A DNA stretch of 34,699 nucleotides from Gemmatimonadota bacterium (GCA_039588155.1 JBDHAI010000009.1:1-34699); one strand, 5' to 3'; positions 26,370 to 34,699 are shown, numbered from the stretch's first letter. The notes: a model not told the origin generated them from the letters alone. Numbers and translations: made by a program.

Positions 26370-27503
26370 ATGCCGATAGAGGGCTCGCTGCGCGAATTCG
26401 CGCTACAAGACATCTTTCAGTTGCTTCACCTGTCGCGAAAGACCGGCGAGCTGAAAGTGGTTCGCGAGCCGTCCGGGCTGCGCGGCGCAGTGATCTTCAG
26501 CGGCGGTGCCGTCGTGGATTCCGATGTGGACGAGGAGACGCCGCGCCTCGGGTACATGTTATTGAACGCCGGAAAGATCACCGAGGCGGATCTCCAGCAT
26601 GCAGGTCGAGTGCATTCGATGGATGCGAGGCGCTCGTGGACGGACATTTTTTCTTCGCTCGGCATACTCGACCAGGAAGACCTCGAGGAGTACGCGAAGT
26701 TTCAGGTCGAGGAGTTCGTCTACGAAGTACTGAGTTGGCAGGACGGACGTTTCTCGTTTGGTGAACGCCCGGTGGCAGAGTCGGAGCGCGTCACCTGGAT
26801 ACCTGTGGAGTCGCTGCTCATGGAGGGGGCCCGACGTGCGGATGAGCTGTCGGCGCTTCCGACGACTATTGACAGCCCCAACGCCGTACCGCGACTGTCA
26901 GAGAAAGCGGCCACAGACGGAGGTATGTTAGATCTCTCGCCACAGGACTGGGAGGTCATAGGCCGGGTGGACGGCGTCACGGATGTGAAGTCGCTCGCCT
27001 GGACCCTTGGGCGCAGCGAGTTCGAGGTGAGTAAGGTCATCTCGCTGCTCGTTCAGAAGGGGCTGATCGAGCTGCAGAGTCAGGAAGATGCACGCACCAA
27101 ACCCCCGCATGTGATGGCCCTTGATCGAGTCGAGCGAGAGATCGAGGCCGGCGAGCTGGATGTGGCCCGCAGGCACATAGACTCCGTGCTCAGAGCGCAC
27201 CCCGAGGAGCCCCGTGCTCACCTTTTGGCGGCGCGCATCCTCGAGCACTCCCGCGATCTGAGGGCGGCCGCGGAGTGCTACGAAAAGACACTCAGCTTCG
27301 ATCCGTTGGCGGAGGAGGCACGGCAGCGATTGGGTCTACTGAAGCTCCGACTCGGGGACGTTGACGGAGCTGCGCGAGAGTGGACGGCATACTTGAGGAT
27401 GGCTCCGAATACGCCTGACCGCCGGCGTGTTGAGCGGGCGATGGCTGCAGTCAGAGAGCTGCAAATCATACTGAGCGAGTTCGATGGCAGGGAACATCCG
27501 TAG
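26370..27503 (+). CDS. DUF4388 (PATAN-like) protein with C-terminal TPRs
   Basis: IEGSL.EF.L.DIFQLL....KTGEL, W..G.F.F, ESLLMEGARR.DE, an HTH-like segment, then about 3 TPRs. Confidence 0.88.
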   Translation: MPIEGSLREFALQDIFQLLHLSRKTGELKVVREPSGLRGAVIFSGGAVVDSDVDEETPRLGYMLLNAGKITEADLQHAGRVHSMDARRSWTDIFSSLGILDQEDLEEYAKFQVEEFVYEVLSWQDGRFSFGERPVAESERVTWIPVESLLMEGARRADELSALPTTIDSPNAVPRLSEKAATDGGMLDLSPQDWEVIGRVDGVTDVKSLAWTLGRSEFEVSKVISLLVQKGLIELQSQEDARTKPPHVMALDRVEREIEAGELDVARRHIDSVLRAHPEEPRAHLLAARILEHSRDLRAAAECYEKTLSFDPLAEEARQRLGLLKLRLGDVDGAAREWTAYLRMAPNTPDRRRVERAMAAVRELQIILSEFDGREHP

Positions 27504-28281
27504 ATCGCTGCAGGAGCTGAGCGCCGAGGTCGCGACGAACCCGAACTCGACCGCGTTCGTTGAGTTGGCTGCCGCGTATCGCGAGCGCGGCGACGCCCGT
27601 CGTGCGCTTTGGCTGTGTCTGCGGGGACTGCAGCGACATCCCACGCACGTGGAGGCTCACTTCGAGCTTGGTCGGATCTATGAAGCGCGAGGCGAGCGGG
27701 AGTTGGCGCTGGACGAATGGAACATCGTCCGGCAACTGGCGCCCGATCACCTCGCTTCGCGCCTCGCCTTGGTACGGCTCTACATCAGCGAGGGCCGACG
27801 AGCCGACGCGCAGGTCGAGCTCGAAGCCGCTCAGGAAATCTCCCAGGGGAACGCGATTATTACGGAACTCTGGGATGAGCTTGAGGACCTCGACGAGGAC
27901 AGACCCGTCGCCGCACGGGAGGGTGTCTTCGATAGTCTGGTCGCGGACTATCCCGGCACTCTGGGGATTCTGCTCATCGATCGAGACGGCCGGGTGATCG
28001 TAGGGGGGATTTCGCAGGAAGGCGTGGAGTCGGATATGGCGCTGGCCGTGAATCTCTACAGCGCCCAGGCGGAGGCGGAACGCGTGGCGTCGTACCTCGG
28101 AATGGGCGACCTGAGTGGGTTCGTTGTCGAGAGTGACTCGGCGCGGCTTACCGTTTCGCCGGTGGAAGAGAATGTGGTCGTCGTCGTGACGAGCCACGAT
28201 GTTCCGGCGGGGCGGGCGGCTCGTGTGGGTCAGAGGGCGTGGCAAGTCGCGCAAGATTACCTGAGCACCAACGGGCGATGA
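27484..28281 (+). CDS. TPR + roadblock/LC7 fusion protein
   Basis: N-terminal NPNSTAFVELAAAYRERG...HP..VEAHFELG TPRs; C-terminal GILLIDRDGRVIVG...LGMGDLSGFVVES...PAGRA roadblock fold. Confidence 0.8.
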   Translation: MAGNIRRSLQELSAEVATNPNSTAFVELAAAYRERGDARRALWLCLRGLQRHPTHVEAHFELGRIYEARGERELALDEWNIVRQLAPDHLASRLALVRLYISEGRRADAQVELEAAQEISQGNAIITELWDELEDLDEDRPVAAREGVFDSLVADYPGTLGILLIDRDGRVIVGGISQEGVESDMALAVNLYSAQAEAERVASYLGMGDLSGFVVESDSARLTVSPVEENVVVVVTSHDVPAGRAARVGQRAWQVAQDYLSTNGR

Positions 28282-28643
28282 GAGGAACTCCGTACGAAAA
28301 CACGCTGGCTCATGTGATGAGAATGCCCGGAGTGCGCGGCGCCCTGGTCGTCGCAGTCCGAGACGGCCTCGTGGTTGATGGGCGAGTGCACGTTGGCGTC
28401 CACGGAGAGGCTGTCGCCGCGCTCGCCGCATCGCTCTATCGACGTGCCTGCCGAGCGACAGGGGACGGCGAAGGCGAGGGCCGTTTCGTCGAGCTCGATG
28501 CTGAGCGGGGCCGGATCATGATCGCGGGCCAGGGCGATCTCGCCCTGATGGCCTTTGTGGAACGGCGGGCCAATGCTGGCCAGGTCCGGCTCGCCGTGCG
28601 GCGGGCGGCGCAGAGCCTCGACGCTTCGGGAGAAGTCGTCTAG
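28278..28643 (+). CDS. Roadblock/LC7 domain protein
   Basis: PGVRGALVVAVRDGLVV...AVAALAASL...ANAGQVRL; ATGA overlap with the upstream gene. Confidence 0.88.
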   Translation: MRGTPYENTLAHVMRMPGVRGALVVAVRDGLVVDGRVHVGVHGEAVAALAASLYRRACRATGDGEGEGRFVELDAERGRIMIAGQGDLALMAFVERRANAGQVRLAVRRAAQSLDASGEVV

Positions 28644-29132
28644 ATGGACCGCCTCGATCTGCGGCAGATCCAAGAGGCCTTTTCCAGTCCGCTGGAAGAA
28701 TTCGTGCGCGAGACACGAGTACGGCTCGCCGTGTTGATCAACCGCAGCGGCCAGGTCCTGGCGCAGCACGGATTCGACAAGCTCTTCGACCTGGTGGGCG
28801 TCGCCTCGCTGGCCGCGGGGATCAACGCCTCGAGTCGCGCGCTGGCTGTGCAGCTGGGTGAAGAGGAGTTCGAGCATTTGCACCACGCTGGCCGTTCCCG
28901 CCAGCTGTTCCTCGGGCACTTCGACTCCGCCGCCGGCCAGTTGATGCTGGTGACGGTGTTTGATGAGCGGTCCTCGATCGGGCTGGTGAGACTGTTTTTC
29001 GAGGAATTCGTTATGCGTCTGCGTGGGCTGCCTGCGATGGATATGGCGCGCTCGCGGATAAGCGCACAGCAATTCGAAGCCGAACTCGAGGCGAGTCTCG
29101 ACCGGTTTTTCCAAGATTTGATAGGCACCTGA
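28644..29132 (+). CDS. mglB: MglB-type roadblock protein (probable GAP of MglA)
   Basis: LINRSGQVLAQHG, SLAAG.....ALA..LGE.EF....H.G, VFDERSSIGLVRL, acidic C-terminal helix; directly upstream of mglA. Confidence 0.85.
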   Translation: MDRLDLRQIQEAFSSPLEEFVRETRVRLAVLINRSGQVLAQHGFDKLFDLVGVASLAAGINASSRALAVQLGEEEFEHLHHAGRSRQLFLGHFDSAAGQLMLVTVFDERSSIGLVRLFFEEFVMRLRGLPAMDMARSRISAQQFEAELEASLDRFFQDLIGT

Positions 29133-29134
29133 TC

Positions 29135-29755
29135 ATGTCGCTGGTCAACTACGCCACGCGCGAAATAACCTGCAAGATCGTCTACTACGGGCCCGGTCGC
29201 TCGGGCAAGACGACGAATCTGCAATACATCCACAGTCGTGTTCCGTGGGATCGCAAGGGCGAGATGGTTTCGCTGGCCACCGAAGCGGATCGCACGTTGT
29301 TCTTCGATTTCCTACCGATCAATCTCGGCGACATCTCAGGATTCACGACGCGATTTCAGCTTTATACGGTGCCTGGCCAGGTGTACTACAACGCTACGCG
29401 CAAGCTCGTTTTGCAGGGAGCGGACGGAGTCGTCTTCGTAGCGGACAGCCAGAGGTCGCAAATGGACTCGGATATCGAGTCGTTCAGAAACCTGCAACAG
29501 AACCTTCTGGAGCACGGCATCGATGTGCGGGATATCCCGGTGGTCATTCAGTATAACAAGCGGGACCTGCCTAATGTCTTCAGCATCGAGCAACTGGATG
29601 AGGAATTGAACTTCCGCGACGTGCCGAGTTATCCGGCCTCAGCGCTGATGGGTGAAGGTGTCTTCGATACGCTGCGAGCGGTCAGCGAGGGAGTATTGAG
29701 GAAGCTGGCTGGCAAGCTCGAGATTCCGAAGGGGCTAGAAGTTTCGAGGCGCTGA
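29135..29755 (+). CDS. mglA: MglA small Ras-like GTPase
   Basis: REI.CKIVYYGPGRSGKTTNL, SLATE.DRTLFFD (intrinsic Arg finger), YTVPGQ, DGVVFVADSQ, YNKRDL. Confidence 0.95.
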   Translation: MSLVNYATREITCKIVYYGPGRSGKTTNLQYIHSRVPWDRKGEMVSLATEADRTLFFDFLPINLGDISGFTTRFQLYTVPGQVYYNATRKLVLQGADGVVFVADSQRSQMDSDIESFRNLQQNLLEHGIDVRDIPVVIQYNKRDLPNVFSIEQLDEELNFRDVPSYPASALMGEGVFDTLRAVSEGVLRKLAGKLEIPKGLEVSRR

Positions 29756-30942
29756 TGGTAGCGAGCGTGATCGACCCAGGCTTGACCTTTAAGTCGTTCG
29801 TGTTGGGAGCGGAGAACCGCCTTGCCTGGGAGGCCGCACGGACCACCTCGGAGTCACCTGGCTCGGCATACAATCCCCTCTTCATCTACAGCGCGACCGG
29901 CCTCGGCAAGACGCACCTTCTCGTAGCCATAGCTAACCAGGCCAAGGAACTGCACCCGGGAATGAAGGTCGTCTACACACCGCTCGAGCAGCTGCTACGG
30001 GAATTGGAAAGCAGGGAAGAGCCCGAGGCCGATTTTCTGGGCTCGGAGATCCTGCTGATCGACGACCTGCAGTTCATTGGAAACCACAGCGAAAGCCACC
30101 AGGTGCTGTTCAACCTCCTGGATCACATGCTCATGGCCGGCAAGCAGGTGGCATTGGCGTGCGATCGGCCGCCGTTGGAGCTGGGCGCGCTCGATGACCG
30201 TTTGCTGTCCCGGTTCAGCGGCGGGCTGGTGGTCGACATCGGCCGGCCTCTGCTCGAGACGCGCCGCGCGATCCTCGAGGTCAGGCTCGCGGCCGTCGGC
30301 CAGTCACTGCGGCCTGAGGTCGTCGATGCCATCGCGCGTCTGGCGTTGGAGAACGTGCGCCAGTTGAAGGGAGCGCTGAATCGTGTACTGGCCGCCCAAA
30401 AGGCAGAAGGGCGAGATGTCGAGGCCGATGAGATCGATCGATTGCTTGCCGATGTGGTAGGCGACCCGGACATGCCCTGGCTCGATGAGGGGCGTGCGAA
30501 GACGCGCGGCGAGTTCCGCGATTTCCTCAGCGATGTGTCGACGGCCGTCGAGGAGGCTCTCGGCTCGCCGGCCTGGAGAGAGGAGCTGGCCCGGGCGATC
30601 CTCAAGTGGGAGGCCGAGGGTTACGTCACCAAGAGGCTCGAAGACTTTCTGGATGTGGAAGACACCGTCGATGCCGAGAAACTCGTCAGCAACTTCGAGC
30701 GAGACATCGCCGCACTCAAGGCGCTGGAGCGGGAGCTCGAGCGGCTCGGGGCACCGAAGCCCCGCGACCTGAGCCTCAAGGATCCCGATTGCGTTGGAGA
30801 TGTCCGGGCACTGCTCGAGCAGGTTCGCCGTGAGACGCTGGCCGTCGACGACTATTTCTTCGACTCCGAGAAGGTCGTCTGGGAGTGGCCGGTGATCGAA
30901 GAACTGCTGATCGAGGCATGGGACGATGGCGATCAAGGGTAG
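29755..30942 (+). CDS. DnaA/Hda-family AAA+ ATPase lacking DnaA domains I, II and IV, with an unassigned acidic C-terminal region
   Basis: TF.SFV.G.ENRLA, YNPLFIY..TGLGKTHLL, LLIDDLQF, CDRPP, RLLSRF.GGL, ETRRAIL, NVRQL.GAL; then an unrelated ~170-aa tail ending DDYFFDSEKVVWEWP. Confidence 0.88.
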   Translation: MVASVIDPGLTFKSFVLGAENRLAWEAARTTSESPGSAYNPLFIYSATGLGKTHLLVAIANQAKELHPGMKVVYTPLEQLLRELESREEPEADFLGSEILLIDDLQFIGNHSESHQVLFNLLDHMLMAGKQVALACDRPPLELGALDDRLLSRFSGGLVVDIGRPLLETRRAILEVRLAAVGQSLRPEVVDAIARLALENVRQLKGALNRVLAAQKAEGRDVEADEIDRLLADVVGDPDMPWLDEGRAKTRGEFRDFLSDVSTAVEEALGSPAWREELARAILKWEAEGYVTKRLEDFLDVEDTVDAEKLVSNFERDIAALKALERELERLGAPKPRDLSLKDPDCVGDVRALLEQVRRETLAVDDYFFDSEKVVWEWPVIEELLIEAWDDGDQG

Positions 30943-32557
30943 CCTGAAAGAGGCCAGTCTGCCCGACGTCTTGCAGCTCCTGACGATGGGAGGCAAGACC
31001 GGTTGTTTGTCGGTAACCGATCGTCAGAGTTTCGGCTACATCTACTTTCGTGAAGGGCGGATCATCTACGCCTCGCTGCTCAACCGGCGCGACCGGCTGG
31101 GCGACGTTTTCGTACGTGAGAATGTAATTTCGCGCCACGAGCTCGACGCAGCGATCGCGGAACAAAGCGAGAAGCGCGATGGACGGCGGCTTGGCGAGAT
31201 CCTCGTCAACCGGGAGCTCATCGATCAAGAGACGTTGGAGCGTTTTGTAAAGTACCATATCCAGGAGGCTGTCTACCATCTCTTCACGTGGAATTCTGGC
31301 ACCTTCTACTTCGAGCCGGCCAAGTCCCCGGAGCGCGAGAAGATTCTCGTGTCGATCGACCCCGAAAGTCTACTCTTGGAGGGCGCTCGCCGTGTCGACG
31401 AGTGGAGCCAGATCCGTAAGAAGGTCCCGTCGCTCGAGGTCGTATACACTCTCGATTCAGATCGCGCCGGCTCGTTATCATCGCTGGACCTCAGCCCGCA
31501 AGAAGAGAAGATCCTCCCGTACCTCGATGGAAAGCACACCGGTTGGGACCTGATTGACCAGACCGCGCTCGGTGAGTTCGAGGTCGGCCAGGCGCTCTAC
31601 GGTCTGATCTCCGCCGGCCTCGCGCGAAGGACGGGTCGGCGCGCGCGTGATACCTCGAGGTCGGAGCAAGGAGGGCGGCTCGAAGAGCACAAGAATCTCG
31701 GCGTGGCCTTCTACAAGACCGCGATGTTCGAGGAAGCGGTGAGAGAGCTGAGATTGGTGCTCGAGCTCTCTCCCAAGGACCTGGATGCGGATTTCTTCCT
31801 GGCTCTCGTGGCGTTCCGTGAGGGGGACTATCAAGCCGCCGAGGCAAAGCTGCGGCAGATCATGGAGCGAGGCGGTACGCGGCCGGCGGCGTACAACAAC
31901 CTGGCGATAGTGCTCAGCCGTCTGGGGAAGATGGCCGAAGCGTTCGCTGTCCTCGATGCTGGCCTCGAGCTCACGCCGGGACATGCGAGGCTGTGCCTGA
32001 CCAAGGGGATCCTTCAGCTGCGCGAGGCCGATCCGGCCGCCGCGAAGAGCACTCTGGAACGTTATGCGGAGCTGGTGGGCGATGAACGGTCTGCTCTCTA
32101 CTACTCGGCACGGGCACTGGCGGAAGCCATGTCGGCGGACCTCGATGCTGCCGCCAACCTGTCCGAGGAGGGGATCGCGCGACATCCGGAGTCTGCGGCT
32201 CTGGCCAACAACGCCGGCGTGGTCATGGAGCGTCGAGGGGATTACGAGCGGGCGCGCGAGCTGTATGAGATGGCGTTTGAGCACGAGTCGGCGCTTGCGC
32301 AGGCCTCCAAGAATCTGGGGGATCTGCTCTACCGAGATGGTCGTTATGAGGACGCCGCCGAAGCCTACCAGCGTGCGCTGCGCACGGAGCCCGACCTGGG
32401 TGATGACGTGTACGCCAAGCTGGGTAACGTCTATTACAAGAGTAGAGATCGGGAGCTGGCGGTCCAGATGTGGGAACGCGCCCTGAGAATGAACCCAGCC
32501 AACGAGGTGGTGCGCACGAACTTGGAATTCGTGAGGGGCACAGGCGGTGATCGCTGA
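30926..32557 (+). CDS. DUF4388 (PATAN-like) protein with an MshEN-like insert and C-terminal TPRs
   Basis: IKGSL.E.SLPDVLQLL...KTG.L, tandem RLG motifs, W.SG.F.F, ESLLLEGARRVDEW, then multiple TPRs. Confidence 0.88.
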   Translation: MAIKGSLKEASLPDVLQLLTMGGKTGCLSVTDRQSFGYIYFREGRIIYASLLNRRDRLGDVFVRENVISRHELDAAIAEQSEKRDGRRLGEILVNRELIDQETLERFVKYHIQEAVYHLFTWNSGTFYFEPAKSPEREKILVSIDPESLLLEGARRVDEWSQIRKKVPSLEVVYTLDSDRAGSLSSLDLSPQEEKILPYLDGKHTGWDLIDQTALGEFEVGQALYGLISAGLARRTGRRARDTSRSEQGGRLEEHKNLGVAFYKTAMFEEAVRELRLVLELSPKDLDADFFLALVAFREGDYQAAEAKLRQIMERGGTRPAAYNNLAIVLSRLGKMAEAFAVLDAGLELTPGHARLCLTKGILQLREADPAAAKSTLERYAELVGDERSALYYSARALAEAMSADLDAAANLSEEGIARHPESAALANNAGVVMERRGDYERARELYEMAFEHESALAQASKNLGDLLYRDGRYEDAAEAYQRALRTEPDLGDDVYAKLGNVYYKSRDRELAVQMWERALRMNPANEVVRTNLEFVRGTGGDR

Positions 32558-33350
32558 AGACGCCGCATATGCCGCGCTGCTCGCGAAGGTGGAACGCGAG
32601 CGCGGCTTTCGTGGAACACACTATCGGCAGCGATGCTTACGGCGGCGCGTGGCCGTGCGTATGCGGGCGCGTCGAGTCCAAGAGATAGCAGACTACGCAG
32701 CGCTGCTCGACGACGATCCTGCCGAGTATGACCTGCTGATGCGCGTGCTGACGATCAACGTCAGCAAGTTCTTCCGTAACCCAGAGACATGGGATGTCAT
32801 TAAGAGGGAAGTGGTTCCGGAGCTGCTGCGCCGCGAGCCGCCCCTACTCATCTGGAGCGCCGGATCGGCAGCCGGTGAAGAGGCCTACAGCATTTCGATT
32901 CTCGTGTCGGACTGGCTGGCCAGTCGGGGCGAAGCCACCCGGAACCGGGTGAGGATCATCGGGACCGACATCGACGATGAGAGCCTGAGTGCCGCACGCA
33001 GCGCCGAGTACACCGATGTGGCGCTCTCGGAGACCCCCATGTCGTTGCGCCGGCGCTGGTTCTCCAAGGCCAAAGACTGGAAGCTCAAAGAGCCCGTCGC
33101 CTCGGCGGTCGAGTTCCAGCAGCTGGATGTTCTCGAAGGACGACCGGACTTTCAGGCCGACCTGATTCTCTGCCGCAACCTGTTGATCTACCTGGATCGG
33201 CCTGCACAATCGCGGGTGTTCCAGACCTTCGTCGATGTATTGCGTCCGAGGGGGTATCTAGTACTCGGCCGAGTCGAGATGTTGGGTGCCGAAGTTCGGA
33301 CGCGCTTCGAGGCGATCAACTCACGAGAGAGGATTTACCGGAAGCTGTGA
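32547..33350 (+). CDS. cheR: Protein-glutamate O-methyltransferase CheR
   Basis: LTINVSKFFRN, WSAGSAAGEEAYS, GTDID, DLILCRNLLIY, GYLVLG..E. Confidence 0.95.
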   Translation: MIAEDAAYAALLAKVERERGFRGTHYRQRCLRRRVAVRMRARRVQEIADYAALLDDDPAEYDLLMRVLTINVSKFFRNPETWDVIKREVVPELLRREPPLLIWSAGSAAGEEAYSISILVSDWLASRGEATRNRVRIIGTDIDDESLSAARSAEYTDVALSETPMSLRRRWFSKAKDWKLKEPVASAVEFQQLDVLEGRPDFQADLILCRNLLIYLDRPAQSRVFQTFVDVLRPRGYLVLGRVEMLGAEVRTRFEAINSRERIYRKL

Positions 33351-33826
33351 GAGAATTCGTCTTGGCCGGAGAAAGTCGAGTGGGAAGAGGCGAGGGCACT
33401 CTCTCCGTTCTGGGCTTGGGCTCGTGTGTCGCGATCGTGCTGTACGATCGGCAGACGCGAGTCGGTGGACTGGCCCACGTGCTCCTGCCAGACCCGGCCT
33501 TCTCTTCGAATCCGGATCAACGCTGGCGGTTCGCGACAACGGCCATCCCCGACTTGCTGAAGGAGGTCGAGAGGGCGGGCGCGATACGTACACAGGTGAC
33601 GGCGAGGCTCGTGGGCGGAGCCTGCATGTTCCAGGAGCTGATAGCCAAGAACGGTCCTCATATCGGCAAGCGCAACGTTGCGGCGGCGCGCACGACGCTG
33701 GATGAGGGCGGCGTCAGGATAGTTGCGGAAGAAGTTGGTGGTGATTTCGGGCGTTCGGTGGACTTCGACCTCGAAAACGGGCGCGTGAGGGTCTCATCGC
33801 ACGGGCGAGATGATGTCGAAATCTGA
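33347..33826 (+). CDS. cheD: Chemoreceptor glutamine deamidase CheD
   Basis: LGLGSCVA (catalytic Cys), GGLAHVLLP (His), GGA.MF, IG.RN, VGG..GR. Confidence 0.94.
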   Translation: MREFVLAGESRVGRGEGTLSVLGLGSCVAIVLYDRQTRVGGLAHVLLPDPAFSSNPDQRWRFATTAIPDLLKEVERAGAIRTQVTARLVGGACMFQELIAKNGPHIGKRNVAAARTTLDEGGVRIVAEEVGGDFGRSVDFDLENGRVRVSSHGRDDVEI

Positions 33827-34699
33827 TCGCAGCGAAAGCGCGGCCACTGTACTTGTCGTGGACGACAGCGTGTTGATGCGACGCATCATCTCCGACATGA
33901 TCGGGCGCTACCCGGGCTATCGAGTCGTCGGCGTAGCTAGCAATGGTGAAGAGGCACTGCGTGCCATCGAGGAGCACAAACCTGACGTCGTGACTCTCGA
34001 CATCGAGATGCCCAAGATCGATGGGTTCGGTGTGCTCGAGCGGGTCATGTCGTCCAAGCCGCGGGCGTTTGTGGTGGTCTCGGCTCATACGCACGAAGGT
34101 TCGGAAGCGGCAATGAGGGCGCTCGACCTGGGGGCGGTGGAGGTGGTGCCCAAGCCGTCGGGTCAGTTGTCGTTCGACATCTGGAAAGTGGAAGCGCGCC
34201 TCTTCGAATCGTTGGAGGCGGCTCGAGTCGCGGATCTGGCGGCGCTCCTCAAAGAGCGAAGACCTTCCTTGCCGACCGGGGCGCCCGGGCGCAGCGATGC
34301 CGCCGTGGCGCTGGCCGCGTCGACCGGCGGACCTCGCGCCTTGTCCCACGTATTGAGCGCGCTCCCAGCCGAGCTCGGTGCGGCGGTACTGGTCGTCCAG
34401 CACATGCCGCCCGGCTTCACGTCCGCTTTGGCGGATCGTTTGTCCAAGGTGGCCCGAATGCCGGTGGCGGAGGCGAGCGGTGGTGAGTTGGTCGTGCCCA
34501 ACCAGATCTGGATCGCGCCAGGCGACTTTCACATGCGCGTCAGGCAAATCGATGCGGATGTCAGGATAACCCTCGACCAGAGGGATCTGATATGTGGTAC
34601 GCGCCCCGCAGCCGACGCGCTGTTCCCGACGGTCGCCGATGCCTACGGGGCGCGCTGCGTCGGTGTGGTGCTTACAGGTATGGGTCGCGATGGAGCGGC
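33810..34699 (+). CDS. cheB: Protein-glutamate methylesterase CheB; 3' end runs off the window
   Basis: Not in the ORF track; translated by hand. Receiver VLVVDDS...VTLDIEMP...PKP, then ASTGGP, VQHMPPGFT, APGDFH, RPAAD, VLTGMGRDGA (Ser-His-Asp triad). Confidence 0.95.
   Translation, partial: MMSKSDRSESAATVLVVDDSVLMRRIISDMIGRYPGYRVVGVASNGEEALRAIEEHKPDVVTLDIEMPKIDGFGVLERVMSSKPRAFVVVSAHTHEGSEAAMRALDLGAVEVVPKPSGQLSFDIWKVEARLFESLEAARVADLAALLKERRPSLPTGAPGRSDAAVALAASTGGPRALSHVLSALPAELGAAVLVVQHMPPGFTSALADRLSKVARMPVAEASGGELVVPNQIWIAPGDFHMRVRQIDADVRITLDQRDLICGTRPAADALFPTVADAYGARCVGVVLTGMGRDGA

Noticed and set aside
29755-30942. True dnaA or nearby oriC
   Set aside because: No domain I or IV, no dnaN/rpmH context, no intergenic space, and no TTATCCACA boxes noticed.
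1-34699. CRISPR arrays, tRNA/rRNA genes, IS elements, prophage or defence genes
   Set aside because: No regular repeats or transposase, integrase or nuclease motifs seen, and intergenic gaps are short; a covariance-model scan was not possible.

Overview
GC-rich bacterial chromosomal window, probably Gemmatimonadota (inferred from gene content and the pilin, TonB and MglA styles; not verified by search). Left end, minus strand: a type IV pilin with a sigma54-like promoter, a broken BNR/Asp-box beta-propeller gene, yqeC and a truncated secreted protein. Middle, plus strand: a DUF4139 gene, rpsU, tilS-hpt-ftsH-folP-cdaA, exbB-exbD-exbD-tonB, and yggS-divIVA-PNP-ileS-dksA-like-lspA-rluD. Right 14 kb: one tightly coupled operon in which a CheC/CheD-type chemosensory set (cheW-cheY-cheA-cheC ... 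cheR-cheD-cheB) is split by an eight-gene block. That block encodes a 905-aa TPR protein, two DUF4388(PATAN-like)-TPR proteins with MshEN-like motifs, a TPR-roadblock fusion, a second roadblock, MglB, MglA, and a DnaA-family AAA+ ATPase with no DNA-binding domain. This Che-Mgl-DnaA-like operon is the best candidate for an uncharacterised signalling/polarity system. No tRNA, rRNA, CRISPR array or mobile element was recognised by eye.
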